From an uncultured Trueperaceae bacterium (GTDB lineage: Bacteria > Deinococcota > Deinococci > Deinococcales > Trueperaceae), in contig CAWFFU010000003.1 in assembly GCA_963815215.1 (NCBI GenBank), forward strand, positions 64,001 to 128,000: a stretch of 64,000 nucleotides of DNA, in the 5' to 3' direction. The notes below the pieces were generated by a model that was not told the origin of the DNA, did no database searches, and saw only the letters and a list, made by a program, of their open reading frames with translations. A program made the translations under genes and the position numbers. This document shows positions 1-11,331 of this stretch, one piece after another (position 1 is the stretch's first letter; the number at the start of each line of letters is the position of its first letter).

Positions 1-1252
1 TGAAGGCGAGGTCCTCGCGGATGCGGTTGCGAAGGTAGTGCTCGTAGGCCCGCGTGAGCAGGCGTTCGCTGTTCACCGAGAAGACGAAGGTGGGGGGCGC
101 CACCGTGACCTGGCTGGCGTAGAGCAGCTTCAGGGAGCGTCCCTTGAAGTTGGGCGGGGACTGGCGTTGTGTCCACACCTCCAGGAAGGCGTTCATCTCG
201 CTGGTCCGCACGCGCCGGCGCGCCGTGTCGTACAAGCGGATGACGGTGGCGAGCACCTCGTGCAGGCCGAAATCGGTCACGGCGCTGGTGTAGACGCGCG
301 GCGCGAAGTCGAGGTGGCTCAGCGCCTGATCGATGTCGCGGCGAAGGGGCTCCAACGCCTCGTCGGTGACCAGGTCCCACTTGTTGATCGCCAGCACCAC
401 CGGCTTGCCCCAGTCCAGGGCAAGGTTCGCCAGGCGCATCTCGTGGTCGCCGAACTCGAACGGATCGACCACCAGGATGGCGACGTCGGCGCGCCGCAGC
501 GCGCTCTCGGAGCGCAGGCGGGCGAAGTATTCGACGTCGATCTCGGCCTTGCGGCGGATGCCGGCGGTATCGATCAGCACGAAGGGCCGACCGGCGAAAA
601 CGAAGCGCACGTCGACGCTGTCGCGGGTGGTACCGGGCTCGTCGGCCACGATCACCCGCTCGCTGCCGATGAGGGCGTTGAGCAGGCTCGATTTGCCGAC
701 GTTGGGACGCCCGATGATGGCGACCCGCACCGCTTCCTCCTCGGCCTCCTCGACCTCGTTCGGGAGCTGCTCGAGGACCGCGGCGAGTAGCTCGTAGGTG
801 CCGCGGGCGTGCAGCGCCGAGACCGCCAGCGGGGTTCCGAAGCCGAGCGCGTAGAGCTCGAACAGCTCGGCCGCCTCCTCGTGCCGCGGATCGTCGATCT
901 TGGTAGCCACCAGCAGCACCGGCTTGCCGAGCCCGCGCAACCAGGAGGCCACCTCGTGGTCGGCGTTGCTGACACCGTATCGGCCGTCGACGCACAGCAG
1001 CACCAGATCGACGTCGGCGATGGCGGTCTCGATACGGCGCTTGACGGGCTGCTCCCAGACGTCGCCCGACCACAGTCCGCCGGTGTCGAGCAGCCGGAAG
1101 ACGCGTCCCTCGTCGGTGACGACGTCACCCTCCTTGACGTCGCGGGTGACGCCGGGTTGATCGGCAACGATGGCCTCGCGCCGGCCCACCAGCCGGTTGA
1201 ACAGGCTGGACTTGCCGACGTTGGGCCGGCCCACGATGGCGACGCTAGCCAA
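1..1252 (-). CDS. der: Ribosome biogenesis GTPase Der/EngA (3' end runs off the window)
   Basis: Not in ORF track as such. Read on minus strand from TTG 1252: MASVAIVGRPNVGKSSLFNRL...GVTRD...DTGG, then a second G domain VAIIGRPNVGKSSLLNAL...GTTRD...DTAG. Overlaps the fmt stop codon. Confidence 0.95.
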   Translation of the reverse strand, partial: MASVAIVGRPNVGKSSLFNRLVGRREAIVADQPGVTRDVKEGDVVTDEGRVFRLLDTGGLWSGDVWEQPVKRRIETAIADVDLVLLCVDGRYGVSNADHEVASWLRGLGKPVLLVATKIDDPRHEEAAELFELYALGFGTPLAVSALHARGTYELLAAVLEQLPNEVEEAEEEAVRVAIIGRPNVGKSSLLNALIGSERVIVADEPGTTRDSVDVRFVFAGRPFVLIDTAGIRRKAEIDVEYFARLRSESALRRADVAILVVDPFEFGDHEMRLANLALDWGKPVVLAINKWDLVTDEALEPLRRDIDQALSHLDFAPRVYTSAVTDFGLHEVLATVIRLYDTARRRVRTSEMNAFLEVWTQRQSPPNFKGRSLKLLYASQVTVAPPTFVFSVNSERLLTRAYEHYLRNRIREDLAF

Positions 1253-2207
1253 GGTGCACCCCCGGTCGCACCGCGCGCCCGTTGGCCCAGTCGCGCGCCG
1301 GCAGGGCGCGCTTCCCGGCGCTCTGCAGCCGCTCGAGCGCGACTGCGCCTTCGCCGCAGGCGACGCTCAACGCGCCCTGCTCGATCGCCAGCACGGTGCC
1401 CGGTGCCTCGTGGCCGGTGGCGACGTCGGGAGCGGGGCGCAGGACGGGGACCTTGACCGGCTCGCCGTCGAACAGGAAGCTGCTTCCCGGCCAACCCGCG
1501 ACGCCGCGGTGGCGGGCGTAGACGTCGGCGGCGGGGTCGGCCCAGCGGATACGACCGTCCTCCCTCGCCAGCATCGGGGCGTAGCTGGCCTGCGCGTCGT
1601 CCTGGGCATCACACGGCAGGCGCCCGGCCGCCAGCAGATCGAGCGCTTCCAGCAGCGCCCGCGCCCCGAGCTCGGCGAGCGCCTCGAGGAGCTCCGGCGC
1701 GGTGGTGTCGGCGCCGATCGGGACACGCCGCTGCAGGCGGATCGGACCGGTGTCGAGGCCGGCCTCGGTCTGCATGATGGTGATTCCGGTCTCGTGTTCG
1801 CCGCGGATCAGCGCCCATTGCACGGGCGCAGCGCCGCGGTACGCCGGCAGCAGGCTGCCATGCACGTTGAGGAAGCCGTGGCGCGGCAGGCTCAGCAGGG
1901 CTGCCGGCAGGATCTTGCCGTAGGCGGCGGTGACGGCCACGTCGAGCTCGAGGTCACGGAGCCGTTCGGCCACCGCCGCGTTGCCCTTGAGCCGCGCCGG
2001 TTGCAGCAGCGGCACCCCCAGTGCCCGCGCCCGCTCGGCGGTCGGCGGCGACGAGCGCCGCAGGCCGCGGCCGGCGCGCTTGTCAGGTTGCGCGACCACC
2101 AGCTCGAGCCGGTGGCGTTCGGCCAGCGCCTCGAGCGAGGGCAGCGCGAAGCCGGGAGATCCGAACAGCGCCACACGGAGCGCCGCCGGCGAGGGGGCGC
2201 CCGTCAC
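1245..2207 (-). CDS. fmt: Methionyl-tRNA formyltransferase
   Basis: FGSPGFA, AQPDKRAGRG, LNVHGSLLPAYRGAAPVQWAL, GLDTG motifs; directly downstream of def. Confidence 0.96.
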   Translation of the reverse strand: MTGAPSPAALRVALFGSPGFALPSLEALAERHRLELVVAQPDKRAGRGLRRSSPPTAERARALGVPLLQPARLKGNAAVAERLRDLELDVAVTAAYGKILPAALLSLPRHGFLNVHGSLLPAYRGAAPVQWALIRGEHETGITIMQTEAGLDTGPIRLQRRVPIGADTTAPELLEALAELGARALLEALDLLAAGRLPCDAQDDAQASYAPMLAREDGRIRWADPAADVYARHRGVAGWPGSSFLFDGEPVKVPVLRPAPDVATGHEAPGTVLAIEQGALSVACGEGAVALERLQSAGKRALPARDWANGRAVRPGVHLG

Positions 2208-2869
2208 TGCACCGACACCGGGATCGGCGACGAGCGCAGCTCCTTGAGCAGGGCCTTCGCCTGGCGCTGGATGTCAGCGAGCTCGCCGCGGTGCTCCTCC
2301 AGGAAGGCCCTGCGCTCGTCGTCCTCGAGGCGATCGAAGAACAGCACCCCTTCGAGGTGGTCGTACTCGTGCTGGAGGACGTGGGCGAGGTGCCCGTCGG
2401 CATCGGTCTCGTGCCAGGCGCCGGCGACGTCCTGGTAGCGCACGCGCACGTGGAGGTCGCGCTTCAGCGCCTCGACGTAGATGCCGGGGACGCTCAGGCA
2501 GCCGTCCTGGCCGTGTTGGACGCCCCGGCGCAGGAGGAAGGTGGGATTCACCATCACGTGCTCGGCGACCACGCCCAGCCTGCGGCGCATCTGCTCCGGG
2601 GTCTCGTCGGCGGGGACGTCCTCCTCGGCGTCGTCGTCCACGAGCTCCTGGCCGACCTCGTCCTCCTCGGCCTCGGGCTCGAGCTCCACCGCCACGAACA
2701 ACCGCTTCGGCACCCCGATCTGGGGCGCCGCCAGTCCGACGCCGTGAGCGTCGTACATGGTCTCGATCATGTCGTCGGCAAGGCGGGCCAGGGCATGGTC
2801 GAAGCGCGTCACGGGGAGCGCGCGGCGTCGCAGCACGGGGTCGCCGTAGTAGCGGATCGGGTGGATCAC
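2204..2869 (-). CDS. def: Peptide deformylase
   Basis: YGDPVLR, GVGLAAPQIG, (D)GCLS and QHEYDHLEG motifs; 4-bp overlap with fmt. Confidence 0.95.
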   Translation of the reverse strand: MIHPIRYYGDPVLRRRALPVTRFDHALARLADDMIETMYDAHGVGLAAPQIGVPKRLFVAVELEPEAEEDEVGQELVDDDAEEDVPADETPEQMRRRLGVVAEHVMVNPTFLLRRGVQHGQDGCLSVPGIYVEALKRDLHVRVRYQDVAGAWHETDADGHLAHVLQHEYDHLEGVLFFDRLEDDERRAFLEEHRGELADIQRQAKALLKELRSSPIPVSVQ

Positions 2870-2897
2870 GGCTTCAGGTCCTCCTGAGGGACTCGAG

Positions 2898-3818
2898 TCA
2901 GGGCGTGCCGGAAGGGCGCGCGTAGCGCAGGACCGCGGTGGGGTTCGACATCGCCGCCACGCCCTCCGGCAGCTCGAGCCGGACAGGCAGAGTATACCGG
3001 CCGGGGTTCACGGTCCCCGTCGGCGGCTGTACCGTCCCCTTGACGCTGTCGAGGCCCGCCAGCACTTCGGGCGGGCCCGCCAGCGTGACGTCGGGCTGGC
3101 TGAGCGTCACCTGCTGCAGGTTGGTGGCGCTGGGCGGGGCCAGATCGATGGGCACGCTCCGGGTGACCAGGGCGCCGCGCGCGCTCACCTGGACGGTGAC
3201 GGTCGACGGCGTGATCTTGACGTTGGCGACGGGAACGCCGGCGTCATCGACGGCGAAGGGGTGCTCCTGTACGCGGCCCTCCTTGGCCGGCGCCACCACC
3301 ATCACGCGGACGACCTTCTGGAGCAGCTGGTCCTGGCCGGTGAGCGTCACCGAGGTGGGATCGGCGCTCACGGACAGGACCTGGTTGTCCGGCGGGCTGC
3401 CGCTCAGGGCCGGCGTGACGGCGATGTCGCGGTTGCCCACGGTCTCCAGGAAGCCGATCACGTCGCTGGGGGCGACGCTGATGAGTTGGATGCCGCGCGG
3501 AGGCTGGGCGTTGATCTGTTGCTGGAACTCGCCGCTGAGGCCGCTGAGGTCGAGGGTTGCCGAGATGCTGTCGGGGCTGAGCCGGTCGACGCGGCTGCTG
3601 GGCCCGGACACGTTGATCTCCACCACTTGCGGCACGCCCACCGTGACCTGGGTCTGCTTGACGCCTTCGACGACGAGCGGAACGAGCAGGCTGCGCTGGG
3701 TCGTGGTGACGGAGCTGGTGGTCACGAACAGCCACATCACGAAGGCCAGCAGCAGCGTGCCGAGCTTCTGCGGCCAGTTGTGGGCGGCGAGGGCGACGAT
3801 GCGCTTGAGCAAGTTCAT
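2898..3818 (-). CDS. cdaR: CdaR/YbbR-like diadenylate cyclase regulator
   Basis: N-terminal NW-x-K plus TM helix (LLLAFVMWLFV), then repeated beta-rich YbbR-like domains; ATGA overlap with cdaA. Confidence 0.85.
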   Translation of the reverse strand: MNLLKRIVALAAHNWPQKLGTLLLAFVMWLFVTTSSVTTTQRSLLVPLVVEGVKQTQVTVGVPQVVEINVSGPSSRVDRLSPDSISATLDLSGLSGEFQQQINAQPPRGIQLISVAPSDVIGFLETVGNRDIAVTPALSGSPPDNQVLSVSADPTSVTLTGQDQLLQKVVRVMVVAPAKEGRVQEHPFAVDDAGVPVANVKITPSTVTVQVSARGALVTRSVPIDLAPPSATNLQQVTLSQPDVTLAGPPEVLAGLDSVKGTVQPPTGTVNPGRYTLPVRLELPEGVAAMSNPTAVLRYARPSGTP

Positions 3819-4555
3819 TCGGCATAGACCTCGCGTAGGGCCTTGAGGACGTCGGCGGGGGCGATATCGCTGACCAGGTCGCCGCCGCGGGCGATGCTGA
3901 CGGTGCCCCGCTCCTCACTGACCACCACGACCAGCGCGTCCGTGACCTCCGACAGGCCGAGCGCGGCGCGGTGCCGGGTGCCGTGCTTGACGGACCAGCC
4001 CTCATGGCGGTCGGACAACGGGAAGATGGCGCCGGCATGCGTGACGGTGTCCTCGCGGACGATCACGCCGCCGTCGTGGAGCGGGCCCTTGGACGCGAAG
4101 ATGGTCTGCAGCAGCGCGCTGGTGACCGGGGCGCCGATCGTGGTCCCCGACTCGCCGTACTCGCGTAGCGGTGTGCGGCGCTCCACCGCGATCAGGGCGC
4201 CGCGGCGCTGGGTCGCGAGCTCGCGCACCGCGCCCATGATCTCCTGCACCGGACCGCCGTGGCTGGTGCGGGTCAGGCGCCCGCGTCCCACCCGCTCGAG
4301 GGCCGCGCGCAACTCGGGCTGGAACACGACCACGATGGCGATGAAGCCGACCGGCGCGACCCGGTCGAACAGCCATTTGGTGGCCTCCAGCTTGAGCTGG
4401 GCCGCCAGGAACCACAGCGCACCGAGCGCCATCAGCCCCCTCAGGACGTTCCAGGCGCGGGAGCCGATGAGCAGGACGTATCCCTGGTACAACAGAACCG
4501 CGATGATGAGGATGTCTACGACGTCCTGGACGCGGAAGCCGCTGAGTGCAGCCAA
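3815..4555 (-). CDS. cdaA: Membrane diadenylate cyclase CdaA/DacA
   Basis: Three N-terminal TM segments, VVFQPELRAALERVG, GALI, PLHDGG, GTRHRAALGLSE, VVSEERG; GGAGG RBS upstream of TTG. Confidence 0.93.
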   Translation of the reverse strand: MAALSGFRVQDVVDILIIAVLLYQGYVLLIGSRAWNVLRGLMALGALWFLAAQLKLEATKWLFDRVAPVGFIAIVVVFQPELRAALERVGRGRLTRTSHGGPVQEIMGAVRELATQRRGALIAVERRTPLREYGESGTTIGAPVTSALLQTIFASKGPLHDGGVIVREDTVTHAGAIFPLSDRHEGWSVKHGTRHRAALGLSEVTDALVVVVSEERGTVSIARGGDLVSDIAPADVLKALREVYAE

Positions 4556-4838
4556 ACCCTAGCCTCCATCGTTAGGTATGGAACGCCGGCGGCCCTCACG
4601 GGCGCAGACGGCCGCCGCGGAAACGTACGCTGAGCGTGCCCCGGTCGCTCGCAAGCGCGAGCACGCAGGAGACCCGTTCGTTGCGTCGACGATACCACAG
4701 CCGATGACGCGGGCCGTGCCGGACGCGACCGACGGCCGCCCGTGTGCGACGGCACGGAGCCGCTTGCCGGAGCGGCGCAGCGCCGCTCCGGCGGGACCCG
4801 AACGCGGGTGGGGTACACTGCGTCGCTGGAGGCGACAG

Positions 4839-5928
<1,090 letters not shown>

Positions 5929-5993
5929 GCGTCGAGGCTGCGTGAGCACCGGTCCCGGACGCCGGGCCACGGCGCGCTAGGGGTGGCGGGCGC

Positions 5994-6632
5994 GTGAAGC
6001 TCCTGGTGCTGTCGGACACGGTGTCGCCGGTCGTCTACTCGCGCAACTTCCCGCAGAACCTCCCCCCCTTCGATGTGGTGCTCGCCGCCGGCGACCTTCC
6101 CGGGTACCTACTCGAGTTCGTGGCGACCAAGACCACGGTGCGGCCGGTCTACGTGCTGGGGAACCACGGCAACGGCTTCGTCCGCCCGGTGGACGGGAGC
6201 GCCGCTCGTCTGCCGGGCGGTTGTCTGAACGCCCACGCCCAGGTGGTCGAGGTGGGGGGACTGCTGATCGCGGGTATCGAAGGGTGCTTGCGCTACCGGC
6301 CGGGGCAGCAGCAGTACTCGGAGACCGAGATGCGGCTGTTCACGGCTCGTCTGGCGCCGCGCCTGCTCTACAACCGCTGGACCCGGGGCCGGGCGGTGGA
6401 CGTGCTGTTGACGCACGCCCCACCGCAGGGGCCCCACGCCGGCGCCGATTACCCGCACCGCGGAGTGCGGGCGTTCAACCGCTTCCACCGCGCCTGGCGG
6501 CCGCGACTGCACGTCCACGGACACGTACACCTGTCCGGCGCCAACGCCCCCCGCGAGTACGTGACGGAGGAAGGCGTCAGGGTCGTCAACGCCTACGACT
6601 TCGCGTTGATCGACCTGCCCATGCCCGGCTGA
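5994..6632 (+). CDS. Calcineurin-like metallophosphoesterase
   Basis: LSD, AGD, GNH, THAPP and HGHVH metal-binding motifs. Confidence 0.88.
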   Translation: MKLLVLSDTVSPVVYSRNFPQNLPPFDVVLAAGDLPGYLLEFVATKTTVRPVYVLGNHGNGFVRPVDGSAARLPGGCLNAHAQVVEVGGLLIAGIEGCLRYRPGQQQYSETEMRLFTARLAPRLLYNRWTRGRAVDVLLTHAPPQGPHAGADYPHRGVRAFNRFHRAWRPRLHVHGHVHLSGANAPREYVTEEGVRVVNAYDFALIDLPMPG

Positions 6633-6770
6633 GCGGGCACAGCGCACCGTCCCGGGGATCGCGCCGATGGCGGCCCGCCGCGCCGATGGTTCGGGGGTGC
6701 GTCGACGGTGGCGGGCGCGCCGTCGGCCGGGAGGCGCGTCCGCCGGCCCTCGGCTGCCATAATCGCGGGC

Positions 6771-7817
6771 ATGGACCCGCGAGCGTACTACGCCGGACTC
6801 GGGGCGGCCTTCGACGGGGAGGGCGTCGCGCACTTCGGCGCGCCCGACCTCGAGGCCGCGGCTGCCGTGGCGGGGGACGGCGCTCAACTCGCGCCGCTGC
6901 TCTCCGTCTCCCCGTTGCGCATCACCGGCAGCGACCGGGCGAGCTTCCTACACGGCCAGCTCAGCAACCGCGTCGAGGGGCTGGCGGTGGGCGCATGTAA
7001 CCACACCCTGCAGCTCAACGTACGCGGCCAGGTGATCGGCGAAGGCGTGCTCTGCGCGCGGCGCGACGACCTCTTCCTGGTGGTGGAGGACGGTCGTGGA
7101 GCGACGGTTCGGTCGTCGCTCGAGCAGCACATCGTGTTCGACGACGTGACGGTGCGCGACCTGAGCGGCGAGCTGGCCGCGCTCACCGTGCAGGGGGCGA
7201 CGGCTGCCACGGTGCTGCGCGGCGTGCTCGGCGAGCCTCCGGATCCAGCTACCTTCGCGTGCTACCCCTTCGAGGGGGCCGAGGCGCTGGCCCTCCCCAG
7301 GAGGCGATCGCGCGCCGGCGGCTACGACCTCCACCTGCCGGTACGTTGCCTCCCTGGCCTGGTCGGCGCCTTCCGGGCGGCGGGGGCCGAGCTGGCGGGC
7401 GGGCGGGCCGTGACGTTGGCGCGCGTGCTGGCGGGCGTGCCGAGCGCCGCAGCCGATGGAGGGACCGGCTCGCTCCCGCAGGAGCTCGATCTCGAGGGCG
7501 CGATCTCCTACAGCAAGGGGTGCTACCTGGGGCAGGAGATCATGGCGCGCGTGCAGGGGCGCGGCTCGGTGCGCAAGCGGCTGGCCCGCGTGCTGATCGA
7601 GGGAGCCGACGGCGCCTCGGCGCCGATGGCGGAGCTCGGCGAGCCGATCCTGCGGCTAGGTGGCCGTGACGTGGGCCGGCTCGGTTCGGTGACGCGCACG
7701 CCGGACGGCCGACGGTTGGGCCTGGCCGTGGTCCGGCGCGATCTCCCGGCCGACGCCTCCCTCGAGCTGGGCGCGGCGCGGGTCCGGCTCGTTGTCGGCG
7801 AGGCCTCGTGGGCGTGA
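6771..7817 (+). CDS. YgfZ/GcvT-family folate-binding protein
   Basis: [14 protein letters not shown] and signature [16 protein letters not shown]; start set at ATG 6771, 7 nt after TGC-CATAAT. Confidence 0.9.
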   Translation: MDPRAYYAGLGAAFDGEGVAHFGAPDLEAAAAVAGDGAQLAPLLSVSPLRITGSDRASFLHGQLSNRVEGLAVGACNHTLQLNVRGQVIGEGVLCARRDDLFLVVEDGRGATVRSSLEQHIVFDDVTVRDLSGELAALTVQGATAATVLRGVLGEPPDPATFACYPFEGAEALALPRRRSRAGGYDLHLPVRCLPGLVGAFRAAGAELAGGRAVTLARVLAGVPSAAADGGTGSLPQELDLEGAISYSKGCYLGQEIMARVQGRGSVRKRLARVLIEGADGASAPMAELGEPILRLGGRDVGRLGSVTRTPDGRRLGLAVVRRDLPADASLELGAARVRLVVGEASWA

Positions 7818-7884
7818 AGACTACCGGAGCCGGCCGGCGCCGCAACTACAGGGGTGGCGGCCCACGCCGACCTATAATGCCCGC

Positions 7885-9531
7885 ATGAAGGACAAACAGC
7901 GTTGGTTGCGAGAAGACTACGCCGAGGCGGGCGAGCGCTTCCCGGAACGCGATGCGCTCTTCGAAACGCTCTCCGGCATCCCGGTCGAGCCGATCTACAC
8001 GGCCGACGACCTCGCCGCTGTGGACCTCGAAGCGGACCTGGGGTATCCCGGAGCCTACCCCTACACGCGAGGGGTGCAGCCGTCGATGTATCGGGGCAGG
8101 CTCTGGACCATGCGCATGTTCGCGGGTTTCGGCACCGCCGAGCAGACGAACCAGCGCTTCCGCCGTCTGCTCGAGGCAGGGCAGACCGGTCTATCTACCG
8201 CCTTCGATCTGCCGACCCTGATGGGATACGACAGCGATCATCCCATGGCCCGGGGCGAGGTGGGGAAGTGCGGTGTGGCCGTTTCCAGCCTGGCCGACAT
8301 GGAGGCACTGTTCGACGGCATCGATCCGGAGACCATCACCACCTCCATGACCATCAACAGTCCGGCCAACGCCGTCTGGGCGATGTACCTGGCGATGGCC
8401 CGCAAGAAGGGGGCGGACCTGGCGCGGGTCGGGGGCACGATCCAGAACGACATCCTCAAGGAGTTCATCGCTCAGAAGGAGTTCATCTTCCCGCCCGAAC
8501 CGAGCGTGAAGCTGGTCGTCGATACCTTCGAGTGGGGGCCGGTGAACGTGCCCCGCTGGAACTTCATCAGCGTCTCCGGCTATCACATCCGGGAGGCAGG
8601 GTCGACCGCCGTCCAGGAACTGGCATTCACGCTCGCCGACGGCATCCACTACGTCCGCAAGGCGCTGGAACGCGGCCTCGACATCGACGAGTTCGCGCCG
8701 CGGGTGAGCTTCTTCTTCAACGTCCACAACGACTTCTTCGAGGAGATCGCGAAGTTCCGGGCGGCACGGCGCATCTGGGCGCGCCAGATGCGCGAGGTGT
8801 TCGGTGCCAGGCAGCCGCGCTCCTGGATGTTGCGGACGCACGCACAGACCGCCGGCGTCTCGTTGACCGCACAGCAACCCCTCGTCAACGTCGCCCGGGT
8901 CGCGATCCAGGCGCTGGCCGGGGTGTTGGGAGGTACCAACAGCCTGCACACCGACGCCTACGATGAAGCCCTGGCGCTGCCCACGGAGGAGGCGGCCACG
9001 CTGGCGTTGCGCACGCAGCAGGTGGTCGCACACGAGACCGGCGTGGCCAACACCGTCGACCCGCTGGCGGGGTCCTACTACCTGGAGTGGCTGACCGGCG
9101 AGATGGAGCGCCAGACGCTCGCCTATTTCGAACAGATCGACGCCCTCGGAGGCGTCGAGCGGGCGATCGAGGCCGGTTTCTTCGCGCGCGAGATCGGCGA
9201 CGCCAGCTGGCGGCAGCAGCGCGAGATCGATGACCGGCGCCGCTCGATCGTTGGCGTCAACGCCTTCCAACAAGAGAACCCGGAGGTGCCCATCCAACTC
9301 GTCGACGCCGAGGTCTCCAGGGTTCAGGACGAGCGCCTGCACCGCGTTCGTAGCGAGCGCGATCCGGAGCGTGCGGGGGCCGCGTTGGAGCAGTTGCGGC
9401 GGGCCGCGAAGGCGGGGACGAACACCATGCCCGCCTTCCTGGAGTGCGCGCTGGCGTACTGTACGCTGGGTGAGCAGATGGACGTGCTGCGCGAGGTCTA
9501 TGGGGTATACGAGGAACCCGTTCTGATCTGA
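7885..9531 (+). CDS. Methylmalonyl-CoA mutase family, large (substrate-binding) subunit
   Basis: PGAYPYTRG...[51 protein letters not shown] 7885 lies 6 nt after TATAAT. Confidence 0.95.
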   Translation: MKDKQRWLREDYAEAGERFPERDALFETLSGIPVEPIYTADDLAAVDLEADLGYPGAYPYTRGVQPSMYRGRLWTMRMFAGFGTAEQTNQRFRRLLEAGQTGLSTAFDLPTLMGYDSDHPMARGEVGKCGVAVSSLADMEALFDGIDPETITTSMTINSPANAVWAMYLAMARKKGADLARVGGTIQNDILKEFIAQKEFIFPPEPSVKLVVDTFEWGPVNVPRWNFISVSGYHIREAGSTAVQELAFTLADGIHYVRKALERGLDIDEFAPRVSFFFNVHNDFFEEIAKFRAARRIWARQMREVFGARQPRSWMLRTHAQTAGVSLTAQQPLVNVARVAIQALAGVLGGTNSLHTDAYDEALALPTEEAATLALRTQQVVAHETGVANTVDPLAGSYYLEWLTGEMERQTLAYFEQIDALGGVERAIEAGFFAREIGDASWRQQREIDDRRRSIVGVNAFQQENPEVPIQLVDAEVSRVQDERLHRVRSERDPERAGAALEQLRRAAKAGTNTMPAFLECALAYCTLGEQMDVLREVYGVYEEPVLI

Positions 9532-9587
9532 TCCGCGGCGTCGGATCTGCGTCGTCGGATCCGTTGGCCCCGGCCCGAGGAGAGTGC

Positions 9588-10001
9588 ATGGAACGACCCA
9601 TCCGCGTGTTGATCGCGAAACCCGGCCTCGACGGCCACGATCGTGGTGCCAAGGTCATCGCCCGTGCGCTGCGCGATGCGGGCATGGAAGTCATCTACAC
9701 GGGGCTGAGGCAGACCGGCCCTATGATCGTCAACGCCGCCATCCAGGAGGATGTGGATGCGGTCGGGCTGAGCGTCCTCTCGGGCGCTCACATGCACTAC
9801 TTCAAGGAGGTCGTGGAGGGGCTCGCGGCGCGCGGTGGGGACGACATCCTGGTGTTCGGAGGCGGCATCGTTCCCGACCAGGACCTTGCGATTCTGGAGC
9901 AGATGGGCGTGGGGGCGATCTTCACGCCCGGCGCCAACACCCACGACGTGGTCGAATACCTGCGCAGGCGTGTGCCCGAACGGCGCCCGGCCGAAGTGTG
10001 A
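9588..10001 (+). CDS. Methylmalonyl-CoA mutase family, cobalamin-binding small subunit
   Basis: [12 protein letters not shown] (DxHxxG), SVLSGAH, GGIVP; GAGGAG RBS. Confidence 0.95.
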   Translation: MERPIRVLIAKPGLDGHDRGAKVIARALRDAGMEVIYTGLRQTGPMIVNAAIQEDVDAVGLSVLSGAHMHYFKEVVEGLAARGGDDILVFGGGIVPDQDLAILEQMGVGAIFTPGANTHDVVEYLRRRVPERRPAEV

Positions 10002-10227
10002 GCCGGCGCTAGGCGGAGGGCGACGTGACCGCCGTCACACGGACCGCCATGTGCCGGCCGTTCGCGCGAAGGTGGCTGTGGGACGCGTCGGACGGGCCCT
10101 CTGTGGCGCCGGCGGCCGCCCGGCAAGGGTTCATGAACATGAAGCATCTCATGACCCTCTTAGGGTGTGACTGTTAGATTTGCTGAAGGGCTGGGTGACC
10201 AGCAAGTCCGATCGAGGGGAACGACCG

Positions 10228-11223
10228 TTGCAGCATCGATTCATTGTATGGGCCACCATGGCTCTCTTCCTGCTTGCGCCCATGGCCGTCGCGGATGGTT
10301 ACGCGCTCCATACCGTTCGCCCGGGCGAGTCCCTCGGGTCGATCGCGTCGGACTACCGCATCTCGGTGGACGCCCTGACGGCGGCGAACGATCTCTCCGG
10401 CTCCGTCATCCACCCGGGTGACACCCTCAAGATCCCCTACGTCGCGGCGATCGGCGGGCCGGTCGAGGCCGGGCCCCGGACGCCTCCCGGCTTCAGCTGG
10501 CACACGCTCAAGCCGGGAGAGACGCTGTCATCGGTGGCGAGTGCCTACGGGCTGTCACTGGAGGCGTTGATCGGCGCCAACCCGACCATCTCGTCGCTCG
10601 ACAGCCTGCCGGCCGGCGTGGATCTACTGATCCCGCCGAGCGAGGGGCTGGTGGTCACGCTGGACGCCGGTGAGTCGCTCGCTGACGTCTTGAAGAAGTA
10701 CCCGGTCGATCCAGCCACCGTTGCCAGGGCGAACCATCTGCGTTCGCCCTTCGACGTGCAGCCCGGCATGATGCTGTTCCTGCCGGGGGTGAAGCCCAGC
10801 CAGGCGCTGGCTCGCCTCAAGAAGGTCCGCGAGGCCGAGCACCGCTTCATCTGGCCCATCCAGGGTCGGATCACCTCGCCCTATGGGCCGCGTCATCTCG
10901 GCATGGGCACCTCGAACTTCCATCGTGGCATCGATATCGCGGCGCCCTGGGGCACGCCGGTCCACGCCTCGCGCTCGGGTGTCGTGGTGTTCGCGGGCTG
11001 GTCGACGGAGGGGTACGGGAACCTGGTCCGCATCCGCCATCCCGATGGCGACGAGACGTGGTACGGGCACTTCAGCAAGATCCTGGTGCACGTGGGCGAG
11101 TACGTGGATCAAGGCGCCGTCATCGGCCGCGAGGGCTCGACCGGCATCTCCACGGGTCCCCACGTCCACTTCGAGGTGCACGTGCACGGCCGGGCCGTCG
11201 ATCCGATGACCGTTCTGCACTGA
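10228..11223 (+). CDS. Secreted LysM-repeat M23 peptidoglycan endopeptidase
   Basis: Signal peptide, three LysM-like repeats, WPIQGRITSPYG, HRGID, GYGN, YGH, STGPHVHFEV; TTG start after GAGGGG. Confidence 0.92.
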   Translation: MQHRFIVWATMALFLLAPMAVADGYALHTVRPGESLGSIASDYRISVDALTAANDLSGSVIHPGDTLKIPYVAAIGGPVEAGPRTPPGFSWHTLKPGETLSSVASAYGLSLEALIGANPTISSLDSLPAGVDLLIPPSEGLVVTLDAGESLADVLKKYPVDPATVARANHLRSPFDVQPGMMLFLPGVKPSQALARLKKVREAEHRFIWPIQGRITSPYGPRHLGMGTSNFHRGIDIAAPWGTPVHASRSGVVVFAGWSTEGYGNLVRIRHPDGDETWYGHFSKILVHVGEYVDQGAVIGREGSTGISTGPHVHFEVHVHGRAVDPMTVLH

Positions 11224-11259
11224 GCGCAGGTCCTCGGCGGAGGCCCGCCGGTACGAAGT

Positions 11260-11300
11260 CGAAGGAGGCCGGCGCCCCGAGTGGGCGCCGGCCTCCTTCG
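11260..11300. terminator. 18-bp perfect stem-loop between convergent genes (probable bidirectional terminator)
   Basis: CGAAGGAGGCCGGCGCCC-cgagt-GGGCGCCGGCCTCCTTCG; no long U tract. Confidence 0.7.
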
Positions 11301-11331
11301 CGGTATTACGCGGCGTGTCGTCCGGCTCGAG

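Noticed and set aside
9529..9562. Short CGTCGGATC direct repeats between the mutase subunit genes
   Set aside because: Only two 9-nt GC-rich copies, plausibly chance or part of a small hairpin.
10002..10227. c-di-AMP (ydaO) riboswitch ahead of the LysM-M23 peptidase, or a cobalamin riboswitch near the mutase genes
   Set aside because: Context is suggestive, but I could not find the consensus elements of either; only a generic hairpin (GATTTGCTG...CAGCAAGTC). An Rfam search would settle it.
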